Positions 61,584-64,000 of a stretch of 64,000 bases of DNA are shown here, in pieces. The translations under genes and the position numbers were made by a program. Below the pieces are notes generated by a model that had not been told where the DNA came from, ran no database searches, and worked only from the letters and a program-made list of their open reading frames with translations. Every line of letters begins with the position of its first letter. Positions within the stretch are counted from its first letter, which is position 1. The DNA comes from Alphaproteobacteria bacterium (GTDB lineage: Bacteria; Pseudomonadota; Alphaproteobacteria; MPNO01; UBA830), in contig OZ219791.1 of NCBI GenBank assembly GCA_964291215.2, positions 2,272,001 through 2,336,000 on the forward strand, in the 5' to 3' direction.

Positions 61584-62123
61584 ATGGCCACGTTCGACAT
61601 GACGGTATACAGGCATGACTTCCGTTCCCTCGGAGAAGATTATCTCCGGGCCGGACTCGGCCTCGCGCTGACCTTGGGTCCGCTCGTTCTCGTACCGGTC
61701 GACGCTGTGCTGGGGTGGATGTTCGGCGCCGTTGCTGCCCTCATGGCGATTCACGGGCTGCGGACGATCTGGCGGCACCTTGCGGCGATCGAATGCGGTG
61801 ACGACATCCTTGCCCTCCGGGCACCCGTGACGCGGCGCCTTGCATGGTCGGATCTCGGTGGACTGCGGCTGCGCTATTTCAGCACGCGGCGTGACCGTGA
61901 CCGTGGATGGATGCAGCTGATCCTGAAGGGCAGCGGTGTCGCACTTCGCATCGATTCGACCCTGCCTGGATTCGAGGAGATTGTACGGCGGGCGGCGGCC
62001 GCGGCCGTGGCGGCAGGCCTGCCGCTCTCCAGTGCAACTCGCCGGAATCTGGAGAGCCTGGGCCTGTCCGCAGACAGCGGCGGCGGCGATGCGGATCCGA
62101 TGGGGGAACGCGCCGACTGCTGA
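61584..62123 (+). CDS. Hypothetical membrane protein (2 TM plus PH-like domain)
   Basis: GC-typical codon use, two hydrophobic helices, LRYFSTRRDR..GWMQL; function not recognised. Confidence 0.7.
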   Translation: MATFDMTVYRHDFRSLGEDYLRAGLGLALTLGPLVLVPVDAVLGWMFGAVAALMAIHGLRTIWRHLAAIECGDDILALRAPVTRRLAWSDLGGLRLRYFSTRRDRDRGWMQLILKGSGVALRIDSTLPGFEEIVRRAAAAAVAAGLPLSSATRRNLESLGLSADSGGGDADPMGERADC

Positions 62124-62153
62124 GCCGTGGGCGCTGGGCCGAAGTTGTCTGTG

Positions 62154-62540
62154 CCCAAGTTGGCACTTTTTGCGGCCTGAAATTTTTATCACGTTGCGTG
62201 ATTTTTTGTCGGCCGATTTGAACATGGCACTACATTCTGTTGAATTTTGTCAGCTTGCGAGTCGGCTCCTCGTGCGGCGGGTTCGACACCAGCCGCCGAG
62301 GAGATTTCGGCGACCTCGGCGGTGCGTGTCCTGTCGGTTGACGATCAATGTGCGCAGGCGCGTGGTGACCCTGGTTCCGCATGCTCTCGCGGATTGATGT
62401 CCGGCACTTGTCGATGCCCCGCGCGGGGATCAGATGCACCGCGGCGAGCACGGCGATCAACAGGTGGGCGGCGATGCGCTGGCCGGGCGCAATCCGGGCT
62501 CGGATTTCAATGAACGGAAGGTGGCCTCGATATCCGTGTC
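62154..62540 (-). mobile_element. IS1634-like transposase 3' remnant and right end
   Basis: TDIEATFRSLKSEPGLRP, RIAAHLLIAVLA, RVTT fragments; downstream GTAGTGCCA and terminal ...CCAACTTGGG. Left end not found. Confidence 0.6.
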
Positions 62541-62817
62541 CCGAGCATCCATGTTTCCTGGCAAGGTTTTTGCGGGTGTCTGCGGTGATGTTTTCTGTGG
62601 TTGTCCACAAGCGGTGTGGGATTTGCCCTGCGATCGAGGCGACATGAAGCTTGTGGTCCCGGCGGCGGGTTGCCGTCCATTGGTCACGTGAACGCGGCTA
62701 CCTTGCCGCCCCCGGGCACGTGACCGTCCGGGTTCCAGGTGTCCCAAGGCGGTTCGATCTCCTCGATGTCGGCCTCGACGATGATCTGCAGACATTCTCC
62801 CCAAGTCGTGTCGTAGT

Positions 62818-63890
62818 AGGGAGACTGTCGATACAGTCCCGATCGCGCTCTCGGCAGGGGTGAGGGCCGTGTCTCCTTCGCTCACTCACCGGTGCTTCGG
62901 TCGACCAGCAACGCTGCTGTCGCAGCAAGGTGTTCGCCAGAGCTTGCGCATCACGGCGACAATGGCGACTTTGTGGGCCTTGCCGGCGGTCTTGTGGCGT
63001 TCGAACACCAGATCCGCGTTGAAGCGTGCTGCCGAGGTCGCGGCCATGAACAGGAGATCACGTGGCCTCCGGCGCCCGCCTCGGATATGCCGAGCACCGT
63101 GGCCACTGTCGTTGGCCATCGGCGCCACCCCGATCAAGGCTGCCGCCTGACGACGCTGCCGAGTTCGGGCATCCAACAAAGAAGGGCTGCGGCGGTCACT
63201 GGACCGGGGATCGAGGTCAGGGTACCTCTGCTCGGGATCACCGGCGATCACCGCTTTGATCGCCGCGCCGGCAATGCGGTCATCGAGATCGGCCGCCGAA
63301 GCCCTTGTGACGGTCTCGCCATCCACCTCATCTGCCACTTGCCTCAACTTGGTCCGCACGTCGACAAGCGCGGCGCGCGATACTAGGAGATCCCCCAGGC
63401 AGTTGAGGAAGGCTTCCTGAGGAGCCACAGGCTCGAGATCGCACCGTGCCGATCTTGGCGTCAACGCGGTTGGCCAGATGGCCCAAAGCCCCGGCGAAGC
63501 CCTCAACGGGCAGGACAACCTCGAAGCCCCGGTCATGAAGACACTGGTGAACCTTGCGGTGATAGCGGCCTGTCGCCCACCACACGGGTTACCTCGAGGC
63601 TGCGAAGCCACGTGCCCGTGGCGTCGTTCGTAAAACGACGCCCCAGATGTCCAGACTGGCTGACCCCTGCTACTACCTTAACCATCGTTCCTCGCCTTAT
63701 GATGATACGGTTCAAACCCAAGCATCCATTCAGGACGCAAGGGACGCCAAAGGAGGTTGCCACGCTCGGGAACGGCTCTATAAAGCCAAGGACGGAACGG
63801 CAACCTCCGCGGAGATCGTTTGATCCCCGCTCCCCTGTACGTTCTCACACAGGGGAGCGGAATCTCTTTGCAACCATAGCTCTCCCATAG
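62818..63890 (-). mobile_element. IS110-family element, degraded recombinase (ATG 63685 to 62886); boundaries approximate
   Basis: TGRYHR, RVDAK, AALIGVAPMANDSG, IRGGR..LFMAA, GKAHKVAIVAVMRKL across frames. TAG(T) repeated at both flanks; short IR TCTCCC/GGGAGA near the ends. Confidence 0.82.
63686..63870 (-). ncRNA. Putative IS110 bridge/seek RNA in the 5' non-coding end
   Basis: 12-bp hairpin 63827-63860; stem/internal-loop/hairpin module 63752-63808; second module 63686-63746; all upstream of the recombinase. Confidence 0.55.
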
Positions 63891-64000
63891 TCGAGGTTAT
63901 CCACATTTTCCCGCCCCCAACTGCTGTGGATGATTTCATCATCAAGGGGACAAAACCTGGTCATATAAGGACGGTCTCCCGGTCGCTGGTGCGCAGGCGC

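Noticed and set aside
62160-62240. TGGCAC motifs as sigma54 promoters or an NrdR box in the AT-rich patch
   Set aside because: Wrong spacing or weak match; better explained as the right end of the IS1634-like remnant.
1-64000. CRISPR arrays, tRNA/rRNA genes, prophage genes
   Set aside because: No regularly spaced repeats or recognisable structural RNA or phage genes seen by eye; a covariance-model scan was not possible.

Overview
GC-rich alphaproteobacterial (Rhodospirillales-like, inferred from gene content and synteny) chromosomal window. Intact blocks: NAD-glutamate dehydrogenase (3' end outside the window); 4-hydroxybenzoyl-CoA reductase hcrCAB; SMR pump, flavin monooxygenase and VOC protein; a TRAP transporter with hydrolase and VOC; two tandem MFS genes; an operon with two UbiD decarboxylases, an amidohydrolase, a 59-aa Zn-ribbon protein and a PhyH dioxygenase; OmpA lipoprotein; omega-aminotransferase; the ubiH/glnK-amtB/aminotransferase-ftsK-lolA-xth block with a sigma54/NtrC promoter; and a divergent pair of uncharacterised operons (split-NBD ABC exporter, cNMP-binding protein, methyltransferase, dehydrogenase versus four glycosyltransferases, histidine phosphatase, deacetylase). 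Between these lie mobile elements that the ORF track does not show: a 512-bp ISKra4-derived non-autonomous element (8-bp TSD); an IS66 (8-bp TSD) inserted in the promoter of a dead toxin-antitoxin pair and itself precisely interrupted by an antisense group II intron; three IS elements (IS630-IS5-IS630) stacked end-to-end at one CTAG that is the ompA stop codon; an IS1634 remnant; and an IS110 remnant with a bridge-RNA-like leader. All dispensable DNA is riddled with short deletions while element ends, target duplications and neighbouring genes are intact. Family assignments come from motif recognition by eye; no database searches were run.
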